Notes: generated from the sequence alone by a model not told the origin. Positions 27,777-35,485 are shown, numbered from the stretch's first letter. The stretch is DNA of 39,891 bases from Candidatus Ventricola sp. (GCA_051886775.1 JBJEYK010000043.1:1-39891); one strand, 5' to 3'. Numbers and translations are program-made.

Positions 27777-27926
27777 GGCGATGCCCCCCGTTCCCGATGA
27801 CTCCCGTTCTTTTCTGCTTATGGATACCCGCATTCCCTGCCGCGGCAGGGCTGCCCCGGCGGCGGCCAAAGGGCTTTCCGATCGCCTATGGGCTTGTCTG
27901 CCCAGGCGTGCGGGCATTTTCCTGAG

Positions 27927-28400
27927 TTACTGGCGATACTTGGCGATGATGTCCGGCACCTGATCCGGCGTGAGACGGCCGTAGACATCGTCGTTGACCA
28001 TCATCACCGGCGCGAGGCCGCAGGCGCCCAGGCAGCGGGTGGCGTTCAGGGTGAACAGGCCGTCCTTCGTGGTGCGACCGGCGGACACCTCCAGCACCTC
28101 CTCGAGCTTGTCGAGCACCTGCTGGCTGCCCTTGACATAGCAGGCGGTGCCCATGCACACGCTGATGATGTACTTGCCCTTCGGCTCCAGATTGAACTGC
28201 GCGTAGAATGTGGCCACGCCGTACACATCGCTCACCGGGATATCCAGCTCCTTGGCGATGTGATACTGCACATCCTCCGGCAGGTAGCCGAAGATGTCCT
28301 GCGCACGCTGCATAATGGGCATGAGCGCGCCCGGCTCGTCCTTCAGCTCGTCGATCACCTGCTGAAGCGCCGCAAACTTCTCCTTATTTTCCAGAGACAT
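27927..28400 (-). CDS. hydC: HydC, NuoE-like [2Fe-2S] subunit
   Basis: 157 aa from MSLENK (GAGGAGG RBS): SVCMGTACYVKG...RCLGACGLAPVMMVND (Cx4C...Cx3C). Confidence 0.9.
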   Translation of the reverse strand: MSLENKEKFAALQQVIDELKDEPGALMPIMQRAQDIFGYLPEDVQYHIAKELDIPVSDVYGVATFYAQFNLEPKGKYIISVCMGTACYVKGSQQVLDKLEEVLEVSAGRTTKDGLFTLNATRCLGACGLAPVMMVNDDVYGRLTPDQVPDIIAKYRQ

Positions 28401-28470
28401 GTCGAAACCAACCTCCTCGAACCGCACTATTTGATAGAATCCTGTCAATCTCTGTCGGTTTATCCGATTT

Positions 28471-28479
28471 ATTATAGCA
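28471..28479 (-). promoter_or_regulatory. Extended -10 (TGcTATAAT) internal promoter in front of hydC
   Basis: Minus strand reads gggctaTGcTATAATaaatcgg, 70 nt upstream of the hydC ATG in the only A/T-rich stretch of the locus. The -35 is weak. Confidence 0.5.
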
Positions 28480-28546
28480 TAGCCCTCGTCTGTTAGACCA
28501 TGCTAATCGTCAAATTTTGTCATTTCGCACACAATCCCTGCCGCGC

Positions 28547-29254
28547 TCAGTGCCATAATCCGGCAATTGTATCGAAGATCGCCTGCGCCGTCTTCTCCCG
28601 GGCCGCGAGGGAAACCTCCGGCTCCAGGATACATTCCAGGCGGTGCGCGTCGGAGGAGTGCAGGATGCGCCGCCCCTCGAGCGGCGTGCCCGGGGGGACG
28701 GGCAGCTCCCGCGCGACCTCCAGCGCGTCATAGGGCACGCCCTCGGGCAGAAAGCCCAGCGCGCCCAGCACGCCGTTGGCCCCGCGGTTGATGTGCGCGG
28801 GCACGCACAGCCCGCCGGCCTCGTGGATCAGCCGGGCGCAGTCCTCAAAGCCCAGGTCGAGCGCGCTGATGAGCAGGCGCTCCTCCACGGCGATTTCCTC
28901 GTCCTGGTCGTTCATCACCTGCTGCCGCCCGAAGAAGGCCTCGCGGTTTCGGATGGGCGGCAGGTGCGCGTAGATCACTTCGCCAAAGGCCACGCACGTC
29001 TCCACATCCCGGAAGTAGCACAGCATGTGCGCCTCCTCGCGGGTGGTCAGCTCCATGCCCGGCAGCAGCACCACGCCCATCGTGTCCGCCACAGCCTTGA
29101 CGGCAGGCAGATTGCGCGCGCTGTTGTGGTCGCACACGGCGATGGCGTCCAGCTGCTTGATGAAGGCCATGCCGACGATGTTGTTGGGCGTCATCAGCGC
29201 GTCGCCGCAGGGCGACAGGCAGGAGTGGATGTGCAGGTCGCAAAAGAGCTTCAT
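28547..29254 (-). CDS. PHP-domain phosphoesterase
   Basis: MKLFCDLHIHSCLSPCGD...AVCDHNSARN...VPAHINR...LHSSDAH are the PHP His/Asp metal motifs. 235 aa. Confidence 0.8.
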   Translation of the reverse strand: MKLFCDLHIHSCLSPCGDALMTPNNIVGMAFIKQLDAIAVCDHNSARNLPAVKAVADTMGVVLLPGMELTTREEAHMLCYFRDVETCVAFGEVIYAHLPPIRNREAFFGRQQVMNDQDEEIAVEERLLISALDLGFEDCARLIHEAGGLCVPAHINRGANGVLGALGFLPEGVPYDALEVARELPVPPGTPLEGRRILHSSDAHRLECILEPEVSLAAREKTAQAIFDTIAGLWH

Positions 29255-29604
29255 CCCTTTTTGGCCGAGGGCACGCCCTGCCCGGCCAGCAGCGCCACCA
29301 GCTCATAGGCCGTCTTCTCGCTGGAGAAGAGCACGATGCCCTCCTCCTTCGCCTTCTCGATGATCGCGGCCTCCACCGGCAGCTTTTCGGGGATGATCAC
29401 GCAGGCAAAGTCCAGCAGCGCCGCCACAGCGATCACATTCATGTGCGCCTGCACGGTGATCCAGGCCATGTCCGGCTGGCCGCGCCCCATGACGTGGCTG
29501 AGCAGATCGCAGGTGTATCCGCAGGCAATCTCGCGGTCCTCGTATTCGCCGGTCAGGCACCGGGCGCCGGAGAGCCGCTCCAAATCAGACAGAAGCATGG
29601 TCAT
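29251..29604 (-). CDS. DRTGG-domain protein (paralogue 2)
   Basis: 117 aa, collinear with the 31439..31789 product (REI..G/A..SDLLSHVM / SDMMSDVL; central hydrophobic beta-alpha pattern; C-terminal LL.A.G.P). Overlaps both neighbours. Confidence 0.65.
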   Translation of the reverse strand: MTMLLSDLERLSGARCLTGEYEDREIACGYTCDLLSHVMGRGQPDMAWITVQAHMNVIAVAALLDFACVIIPEKLPVEAAIIEKAKEEGIVLFSSEKTAYELVALLAGQGVPSAKKG

Positions 29605-31015
29605 CCTTCCTTTCGTCGTCCGTCTCGTTGTCGTCCTCGCGGCCCAGCGTCTTCTGCATCTGTGCCAGGCGGGCCGTCTCCTGCAGGGTATTGAAGCGCG
29701 TGGACGCGCCCAGCGTCACCATCTCCGCGGCCAGCGCGCCGATGCGGTCGTTGAGCTTGAACACGCAGTTCAGCTCGTTGGCGAAGCCATGCTCGATGTC
29801 CCAGGCCAGCGCGCGGCAGGTCGGCGAGCCGCAGGAGCCGCAGTCGTAGCCCGGCAGGCTGGCCGTCAGCCGGTCGATGCGCTCGGCGCGCTCGATGCGT
29901 TCCTGCATGGTGCCCTCCAGCTGCAGGCTGTTGTTCGGCTCAATCTCGCAGGTCAGGCGCAGGGTGTCGCAGGCGGTGTCGAAGACCTCGCGGTGGCGCA
30001 CGGTCTTCTGCTGCGTCCTGTTCATGACGCTGCGCAGGCGGTTCTTGGCCACGAAGCTGTTCTCCACCGTCAGCGGGCCGCCCAGGCAGCCGTTGACGCA
30101 GGCCAGCCCCTCGAAGTACGTCAGGTCGCGGAAGCGCTCGTTCTCGATCGCCTCCAGCACGCACATCACGTTGTCGATGCCGTCCACGCACAGCGAGCTC
30201 TTGATGCCCACGGCCTCGACCTCGCCGCCCGGCACGGCCCACTTGATGCCCACCACGCTGGCGCGGTCGATCTCCGGCTCGGTGAAGCCCTCGCTGAGCA
30301 GCGCGCGGATCTGGGGATACAAATCCTTGATGGCGATCACGCCGTCCACATAGGACTTCTCCTGCCCGATGGGCGACTTGACCGCCGTCATCTTCGCCGC
30401 GCAGGGCGTGATGAAGAACGCGCCAACCTCCTCCAGGGGCACGCCATGCCTTTGGGCGAACTCCTCCTTGGCGATCTTGGCGGCGGCCTCCATGGGCGAG
30501 ACGAAGTCGACCACATTGTCGATCAGGCCGGGATAGTTGACCTGGATCAGCCGCACGATCGCCGGGCAGGCCGAGGAGATCACCGGGCGCGGCCTGTCGT
30601 CGTGCTCGAGCGCCCTGGCGATGGCGTAGGAGACGATCTCCGCCGCGCGCGCCACCTCGAACACGTCGGTAAAGCCGAGCTTAAACAGCGCCGCGATGAT
30701 CGGCTCCGGCCTGTGCGTGCCCTGGAACTGGGCGTAGAGCGTGGGCGCGGGCAGCGCGATGCTGTACTTGTAGCGATGGATGATGTCGATAGGGTCGGTC
30801 ACGGCGATCTTCGCGTGACTGTCGCATACCTTGATGCACTCGCCGCAGTCGATGCAGCGCTCGTGCAGGATGGATGCGCGGTTGTTGCGGATGCGAATGG
30901 CCTCGGTGGGACAGCGCTTGAGGCAGGTCGTGCAGCCCTTGCACTTCTCCTTGTCCAGTCGCACGGAATGATAATAGGCCAACAAATTCGCCCCCTGTCT
31001 GCCGCTGTTCGGCAC
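29585..31015 (-). CDS. HydS-like sensory [FeFe]-hydrogenase homologue: 2x[4Fe-4S] + short H-domain + C-terminal RnfB-type Fe-S domain
   Basis: CKGCTTCLKRCP...CIDCGECIKVC. H-cluster-like motifs SSACPAI, FITPCAAKMTA and EGLACVNGCLGGP. C-terminal YDCGSCGSPTCRALAWD...NC. The GTG start at 31015 is 1 nt after the upstream stop. An alternative TTG about 10 codons in has GGGGG upstream. Confidence 0.8.
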   Translation of the reverse strand: MPNSGRQGANLLAYYHSVRLDKEKCKGCTTCLKRCPTEAIRIRNNRASILHERCIDCGECIKVCDSHAKIAVTDPIDIIHRYKYSIALPAPTLYAQFQGTHRPEPIIAALFKLGFTDVFEVARAAEIVSYAIARALEHDDRPRPVISSACPAIVRLIQVNYPGLIDNVVDFVSPMEAAAKIAKEEFAQRHGVPLEEVGAFFITPCAAKMTAVKSPIGQEKSYVDGVIAIKDLYPQIRALLSEGFTEPEIDRASVVGIKWAVPGGEVEAVGIKSSLCVDGIDNVMCVLEAIENERFRDLTYFEGLACVNGCLGGPLTVENSFVAKNRLRSVMNRTQQKTVRHREVFDTACDTLRLTCEIEPNNSLQLEGTMQERIERAERIDRLTASLPGYDCGSCGSPTCRALAWDIEHGFANELNCVFKLNDRIGALAAEMVTLGASTRFNTLQETARLAQMQKTLGREDDNETDDERKDDHASV

Positions 31016-31016
31016 A

Positions 31017-31433
31017 TTATATGTGGAAGATCATGGAAATGTCGGTGCCCACGCCGACGGCGGAGGTGATGGCAAACTCGTCGGCGTTGCGCTTCATGTT
31101 GGGCAGGCCCATGCCTGCGCCAAAGCCCATGTTGCGCACCTCGTTGGAGGCGGTGGACCAGCCCTCGGTCATGGCCTTTTCCAGATCCGGGATGCCCGGG
31201 CCGCAGTCGCGCACATGCACCAGGATGCTGTCGGAGGCGATCTCAAAGTCAATCTCCCCGCCCAGGGAGTGGATCACCAGGTTGATCTCCGCCTCGTAGG
31301 TGCACACGGACACGCGGCGCATGATCGTGCTGGGAATGCCCAGGCGCTTCATCTGCCGCTTGATGCGGGCGGACACGTCGCCCGCGGCGGTCATGTCCCC
31401 GGCGACGACCGGGTACGTCTCCTTGATCATCAT
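31017..31433 (-). CDS. RsbW/SpoIIAB-like GHKL serine-protein-kinase (anti-sigma-factor-type) protein
   Basis: 138 aa from MMIKETY. N box YEAEINLVIHS, G1 VRDCGPGIPD, G2 GFGAGMGLPNM. Confidence 0.75.
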   Translation of the reverse strand: MMIKETYPVVAGDMTAAGDVSARIKRQMKRLGIPSTIMRRVSVCTYEAEINLVIHSLGGEIDFEIASDSILVHVRDCGPGIPDLEKAMTEGWSTASNEVRNMGFGAGMGLPNMKRNADEFAITSAVGVGTDISMIFHI

Positions 31434-31438
31434 ACGGC

Positions 31439-31789
31439 TCACCCCAGCTTCACGGGCGGCAGACCGGCCGCGTAGAGCAGCCCGCACGCCTCAAACATCG
31501 AGTAGGGCGTGCGCAGCGCGGGCAGGCCCATCTCTCGGGCCATCTCCACCGCGTCGGGCTGCGGCTCCTTGCCGCGCACGAACACGACGCAGGGCACGTC
31601 CAGCATTTCGCATGTGCGCACCGACTGGCTGTTGACCAGCCCGGTGAGCAGCAGCGTATCCTCCGTCACATAAGCAAGCACGTCGCTCATCATATCCGAG
31701 GCAAAGGCGGCGTGGATTTCGCGTTCGCCCTCCTCCTCACAGCATAGCCAGGCTGCGCGAAGCAGTCTGGCGATCTCCCGTACGGTCAT
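31439..31789 (-). CDS. DRTGG-domain protein (paralogue 1), first gene of the cassette
   Basis: 116 aa: MTVREIARLL...EREIHAAFASDMMSDVLAYVTEDTLLLTGLVNSQSVRTCEMLDVPCVVFVRGKEP... GGGAGGA RBS. Confidence 0.65.
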   Translation of the reverse strand: MTVREIARLLRAAWLCCEEEGEREIHAAFASDMMSDVLAYVTEDTLLLTGLVNSQSVRTCEMLDVPCVVFVRGKEPQPDAVEMAREMGLPALRTPYSMFEACGLLYAAGLPPVKLG

Positions 31790-31924
31790 CGCGATTCCTC
31801 CCGATCATCCCTGTATAATCTGCACAATTTGGTGCCATGATTGTATTATACTTTATCGGGCGCGTCCCTGTCTACGGCTTGGCGGCGATTTCTTGACCGC
31901 GGGGCAAAAGAATCCGCCGCCTCC

Positions 31925-31953
31925 TTGCAGCCGGGGCGGCAGCTTGCTATAAT
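31925..31953 (+). promoter_or_regulatory. Promoter of the M20 amidohydrolase gene (TTGCAG-17-TATAAT, TG-extended)
   Basis: ccTTGCAGccggggcggcagctTGcTATAAT. Confidence 0.55.
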
Positions 31954-31989
31954 ACAGGGTATCAGTCTGATTATCAGGAGGCAATCATC

Positions 31990-33165
31990 ATGACCATATA
32001 TGAACGCGCGCTGGCGCTGCGGGAGGAAACCGTCGCTCACCGCCGCTATTTCCATCGCAATGCCGAGGTCGGGCTGGACATGCCCAAGGCACAGGCCTAT
32101 GTCCTCGAGCAATTGAAGGCCGCCGGTCTCTCGCCGGAGCCGTGCGGGCATGGCGTTCGCGCCGAGGTCGGGCACGGCCAGCCGGTGCTGCTGCTGCGCG
32201 CCGACATGGACGCGCTGCCCATGCCGGAAATGAGCGGCGAGCCGTTTGCCTGCCCCACCGGCGACAGGGCGCACGCCTGCGGGCACGACTTCCACGCCGC
32301 CATGCTGCTCAGCGCCGCGAAGCTGCTCAAGCAGGACGAGGCGTCGCTGAGGGGCACGGTGCGCTTCATGTTCCAGCCGGCGGAGGAGACGTTCGAGGGC
32401 GCGCGCGACATGATTGCCAACGGCATTCTGGACAATCCGCCGGTCGACGCCGCGCTGAGCTACCATGTGGCGGCGGGCCGCATGCCCATCGGCGTGTACA
32501 TGTACAACAACACCGGCGCGATGATGTTCTCTGTGGACGGCTTCCGCATCACCGTGCACGGCAAGGGTGCGCACGGCGCGTATCCGCACAGCGCGATCGA
32601 CCCGATCCACATCGCCGTGCAGATCTACCTGGGGCTGGAGGGCCTCATCGCGCGCGAGGCCGACCCGGGCAAGTCCTGCGTGCTGACGGTCGGCCACTTT
32701 GAGGCCGGCTCCGCCGCGAACATCATCCCGGACACCGCCGTGCTCGAGGGCACGCTGCGCACGGACGACAAGGCCAGCCGCGACAAGCTGGTGCGCCGCA
32801 TCCGCGAGGTGGCCGAGCGCACGGCTGCGGTCTACGGCGGCACGGCGGATATCGAGGCGCTCTCTCAGGTGCCGCCGCTGGTGTGCGATCCCGCGCTGAC
32901 CAACGAAATTGCCGGCTACATGGCCGAGCTGGACATCCCCGGCGCGACGCCCGCGCCCGGCATCCGCGCCAGCGCGTCGGAGGACTTTGCCACCGTCGCC
33001 GAGCGCGTGCCCGCAACGTTCATGTACCTGTCCGCCGGCTATCTGGACGAGCGCGGCGAGATCCCCGCGCACAATCCGAAGGTGCAGTTCAACGAGGACG
33101 TGTGCCCCATCGGCGTGGCCTATCTGACACACTGCGCCGAGCGGTGGCTGGAAGCGCACGCGTAG
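31990..33165 (+). CDS. M20-family amidohydrolase (N-acyl-L-amino-acid amidohydrolase / hippurate hydrolase type)
   Basis: 391 aa: LREETVAHRRYFHRNAEVG..., LLLRADMDALP, DRAHACGHDFH, FMFQPAEE. Confidence 0.85.
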   Translation: MTIYERALALREETVAHRRYFHRNAEVGLDMPKAQAYVLEQLKAAGLSPEPCGHGVRAEVGHGQPVLLLRADMDALPMPEMSGEPFACPTGDRAHACGHDFHAAMLLSAAKLLKQDEASLRGTVRFMFQPAEETFEGARDMIANGILDNPPVDAALSYHVAAGRMPIGVYMYNNTGAMMFSVDGFRITVHGKGAHGAYPHSAIDPIHIAVQIYLGLEGLIAREADPGKSCVLTVGHFEAGSAANIIPDTAVLEGTLRTDDKASRDKLVRRIREVAERTAAVYGGTADIEALSQVPPLVCDPALTNEIAGYMAELDIPGATPAPGIRASASEDFATVAERVPATFMYLSAGYLDERGEIPAHNPKVQFNEDVCPIGVAYLTHCAERWLEAHA

Positions 33166-33182
33166 TATTGCATCTGCCCATG

Positions 33183-33231
33183 ATAAAACGGAAGCCCGCG
33201 GTACAACCGTGAGCTTCCGTTCTTATTATAT
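33183..33231. terminator. Bidirectional terminator between the convergent M20 and nfnB genes
   Basis: AACGGAAGC...GCTTCCGTT flanked by A-rich and T-rich runs (followed by CTTATTATATT on the plus strand). Confidence 0.65.
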
Positions 33232-33246
33232 TGGCGTTTGAATGGA

Positions 33247-34641
33247 TTACTGCTTACCCTTCACATAGGCGTCGATGGCCTTGGCCGCCTGCTTGCCGGC
33301 GCCCATGGCCAAGATCACCGTGGCCGCGCCGGTCACGGCGTCGCCGCCGGCGTATACGCCCTCGCGGCTGGTGAGGCCGTCCTCACCGTCTGTGACGATG
33401 CAGCCGTGGCGGTTCGTCTCCAGGCCGGGGGTGGTGGTGCGGATCAGCGGGTTCGGGCTGGTGCCGATGGACATGATCATCGTGTCCACGTCGAGCGTGA
33501 ACTCGCTGCCCTCCTTGACCACCGGGCGGCGGCGGCCGGAGGCGTCCGGCTCGCCCAGCTCCATCTCCACGCAGCGCATGCCGCGCACGAAGCCGTTCTC
33601 GTCGCCGAGCACCTCGACCGGGTTGGTCAGCGTGCGGAAAAGGATGCCCTCCTCCTGCGCGTGCTCAACCTCCTCGCGGCGGGCGGGCAGCTCGGCCATG
33701 CCGCGGCGATAGACGATGGTGACCTCCTCCGCGCCCAGGCGCTTGGCGCTGCGGGCCGCATCCATCGCGACATTGCCGCCGCCGACGACCGCCACGCGGC
33801 GGCTCTTCATGATGGGGGTCTTGCTGCCGTCCTGGTAGGCCTTCATCAGGTTAATGCGGGTCAGGTACTCGTTGGCGGAATACACGCCCTTCAAGCTCTC
33901 GCCGGGGATGCCCATGAAGCGCGGCAGGCCTGCGCCGGAGGCGATGTACACCGCCTCATAGCCCATGTCGAACAGCTCGTCGATGGTGAGCACCTTGCCG
34001 ATGACCATGTTGGTGAGGATCTCCACGCCCATGGCCTTCAGGCCGTCGATCTCCTTGCGGACGATCGCCTTGGGCAGGCGGAACTCCGGAATGCCGTAGA
34101 CCAGCACGCCGCCGGCGACGTGCAGCGCCTCGAACACCGTGACGGCGTAGCCCAGCTTCGCCAGGTCGCCCGCCGCCGTCAGGCCGGACGGGCCTGCGCC
34201 GATGATGGCGACCCTGTGGCCGTTCGGCTCGGGCCTTTCCGGGGTTTCCTGCACGTGCTCGCGGTGCCAGTCGGCCACGAAGCGCTCCAGCCGGCCGATG
34301 GCCACGCTTTCACCCTTCACGCCGCGCACGCACTTGCCCTCGCACTGGTTCTCCTGCGGGCAGACGCGGCCGCACACCGCCGGCAGCGCGGAGGACGCAT
34401 GCAGCACCTGATAGGCGCCCTCCATGTCTTCCTCCGCCATGCGGGCGATGAACGCCGGGATGTCGATCTGCACCGGGCAGGCGCTGACGCAGGGCTTCTT
34501 CGGGCAGCTCAGGCAGCGGCGCGCCTCATTCACCGCCATGTCCCAGGTGTAGCCCAGGGCGACCTCGTCGAAATTGCGGTTGCGGACGCCCGGCTCCTGC
34601 GCGGGCATCGGGCACTTCTTCATGTCCATATTGCGAGCCAT
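33247..34641 (-). CDS. nfnB: NfnB / GltD-like NADPH-dependent FAD oxidoreductase with 2x[4Fe-4S]
   Basis: 464 aa: RCLSCPKKPCVSACPVQIDIP, CGRVCPQENQCEGKC, VAIIGAGPSGLTAAGDL, VAVVGGGNVAMDAAR. Confidence 0.8.
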   Translation of the reverse strand: MARNMDMKKCPMPAQEPGVRNRNFDEVALGYTWDMAVNEARRCLSCPKKPCVSACPVQIDIPAFIARMAEEDMEGAYQVLHASSALPAVCGRVCPQENQCEGKCVRGVKGESVAIGRLERFVADWHREHVQETPERPEPNGHRVAIIGAGPSGLTAAGDLAKLGYAVTVFEALHVAGGVLVYGIPEFRLPKAIVRKEIDGLKAMGVEILTNMVIGKVLTIDELFDMGYEAVYIASGAGLPRFMGIPGESLKGVYSANEYLTRINLMKAYQDGSKTPIMKSRRVAVVGGGNVAMDAARSAKRLGAEEVTIVYRRGMAELPARREEVEHAQEEGILFRTLTNPVEVLGDENGFVRGMRCVEMELGEPDASGRRRPVVKEGSEFTLDVDTMIMSIGTSPNPLIRTTTPGLETNRHGCIVTDGEDGLTSREGVYAGGDAVTGAATVILAMGAGKQAAKAIDAYVKGKQ

Positions 34642-34642
34642 A

Positions 34643-35485
34643 TCAGCGCACCTCCTGATGAAGCAGATTGCAGGCCGCCTCGCGGGCGTGCTGCTCGAAT
34701 TCGCGGTACATGCTGCCGCGCTTCATCGCCTCGTCGAAATCGACGAGATGGCCGTCGAAGTCCGGGCCGTCCACGCAGGCGAACTTGGTCTCGCCGCCCA
34801 CGGTCAGGCGGCAGCCGCCGCACATGCCCGTGCCGTCGATCATGATCGGGTTCATGGAGACGACGGTCTTCACGCCGTACTTCTTCGTCGTCAGGCAGAC
34901 GAACTTCATCATGACCAGCGGGCCGATGGCGATGACCTCGTCGTACTGGTTGCCCGCCTGGATGAGCTGCTCCAGCGCGGCGGTGACCAGGCCCTTTTCG
35001 CCCCAGCTGCCGTCGTCGCTCATCTTCACGAAGCGATCCGACGCAGCCTCGAACTCCTTTTCCAGGATCACCAGGTCGCGGCTGCGGAAGCCGGCCACGG
35101 TGTGCACCTCGCAGCCCAGCTCATGCAGCTTCTTGGCGACGGGATAGGCGATGGCGCAGCCCACGCCGCCGCCCACGACGCAGACCTTCTTCAGCCCCTC
35201 GGTGTGCGTGGGCTTGCCCAGCGGGCCGACGAAATCGCACAGGCTCTGCCCGGCCTCCATCGCGTCCAGCTCCATCGTGGAGCCGCCGACGATCTGATAG
35301 ATGATCGTCACGGTGCCGGCCTCGCGGTCGTAATCGGCGATGGTCAGCGGCACGCGCTCGCTGTCCTCATGCGTGCGGAAGATGATGAACTGGCCCGGCT
35401 CCGCCTTGCGGGCGATAAACGGCGCCTTCACGACCATCTTGGTCACGGTCGGGTTCAGGCGCTCCTTGCTGATGATGGGATACAT
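34643..35485 (-). CDS. nfnA: NfnA-like FAD/NAD(P)-binding subunit with C-terminal [2Fe-2S] (sulfide/dihydroorotate dehydrogenase-like)
   Basis: 280 aa from MYPIISKERL (M53 of the track ORF, AGGAGGA RBS): RVPLTIADYD, VVGGGVGCAIAYP, CGGCRLTVGGETKFACVDGPDFDGH. Confidence 0.8.
   Translation of the reverse strand: MYPIISKERLNPTVTKMVVKAPFIARKAEPGQFIIFRTHEDSERVPLTIADYDREAGTVTIIYQIVGGSTMELDAMEAGQSLCDFVGPLGKPTHTEGLKKVCVVGGGVGCAIAYPVAKKLHELGCEVHTVAGFRSRDLVILEKEFEAASDRFVKMSDDGSWGEKGLVTAALEQLIQAGNQYDEVIAIGPLVMMKFVCLTTKKYGVKTVVSMNPIMIDGTGMCGGCRLTVGGETKFACVDGPDFDGHLVDFDEAMKRGSMYREFEQHAREAACNLLHQEVR

Noticed and set aside
27219-31433. GHKL ATPases plus a PHP nuclease-like domain as an anti-phage defence system
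   Set aside because: The genes are interleaved and translationally coupled with hydrogenase subunits and an H-cluster-domain protein. No nuclease, helicase, methylase or other defence hallmarks are present. The metabolic-regulation context is far more parsimonious.
33247-34641. Glutamate synthase small subunit (gltD) implying a gltB large-subunit gene nearby
   Set aside because: No GltB-like gene is in the window. The upstream partner is a 280-aa FAD/[2Fe-2S] NfnA-type protein, which fits NfnAB-type enzymes better.
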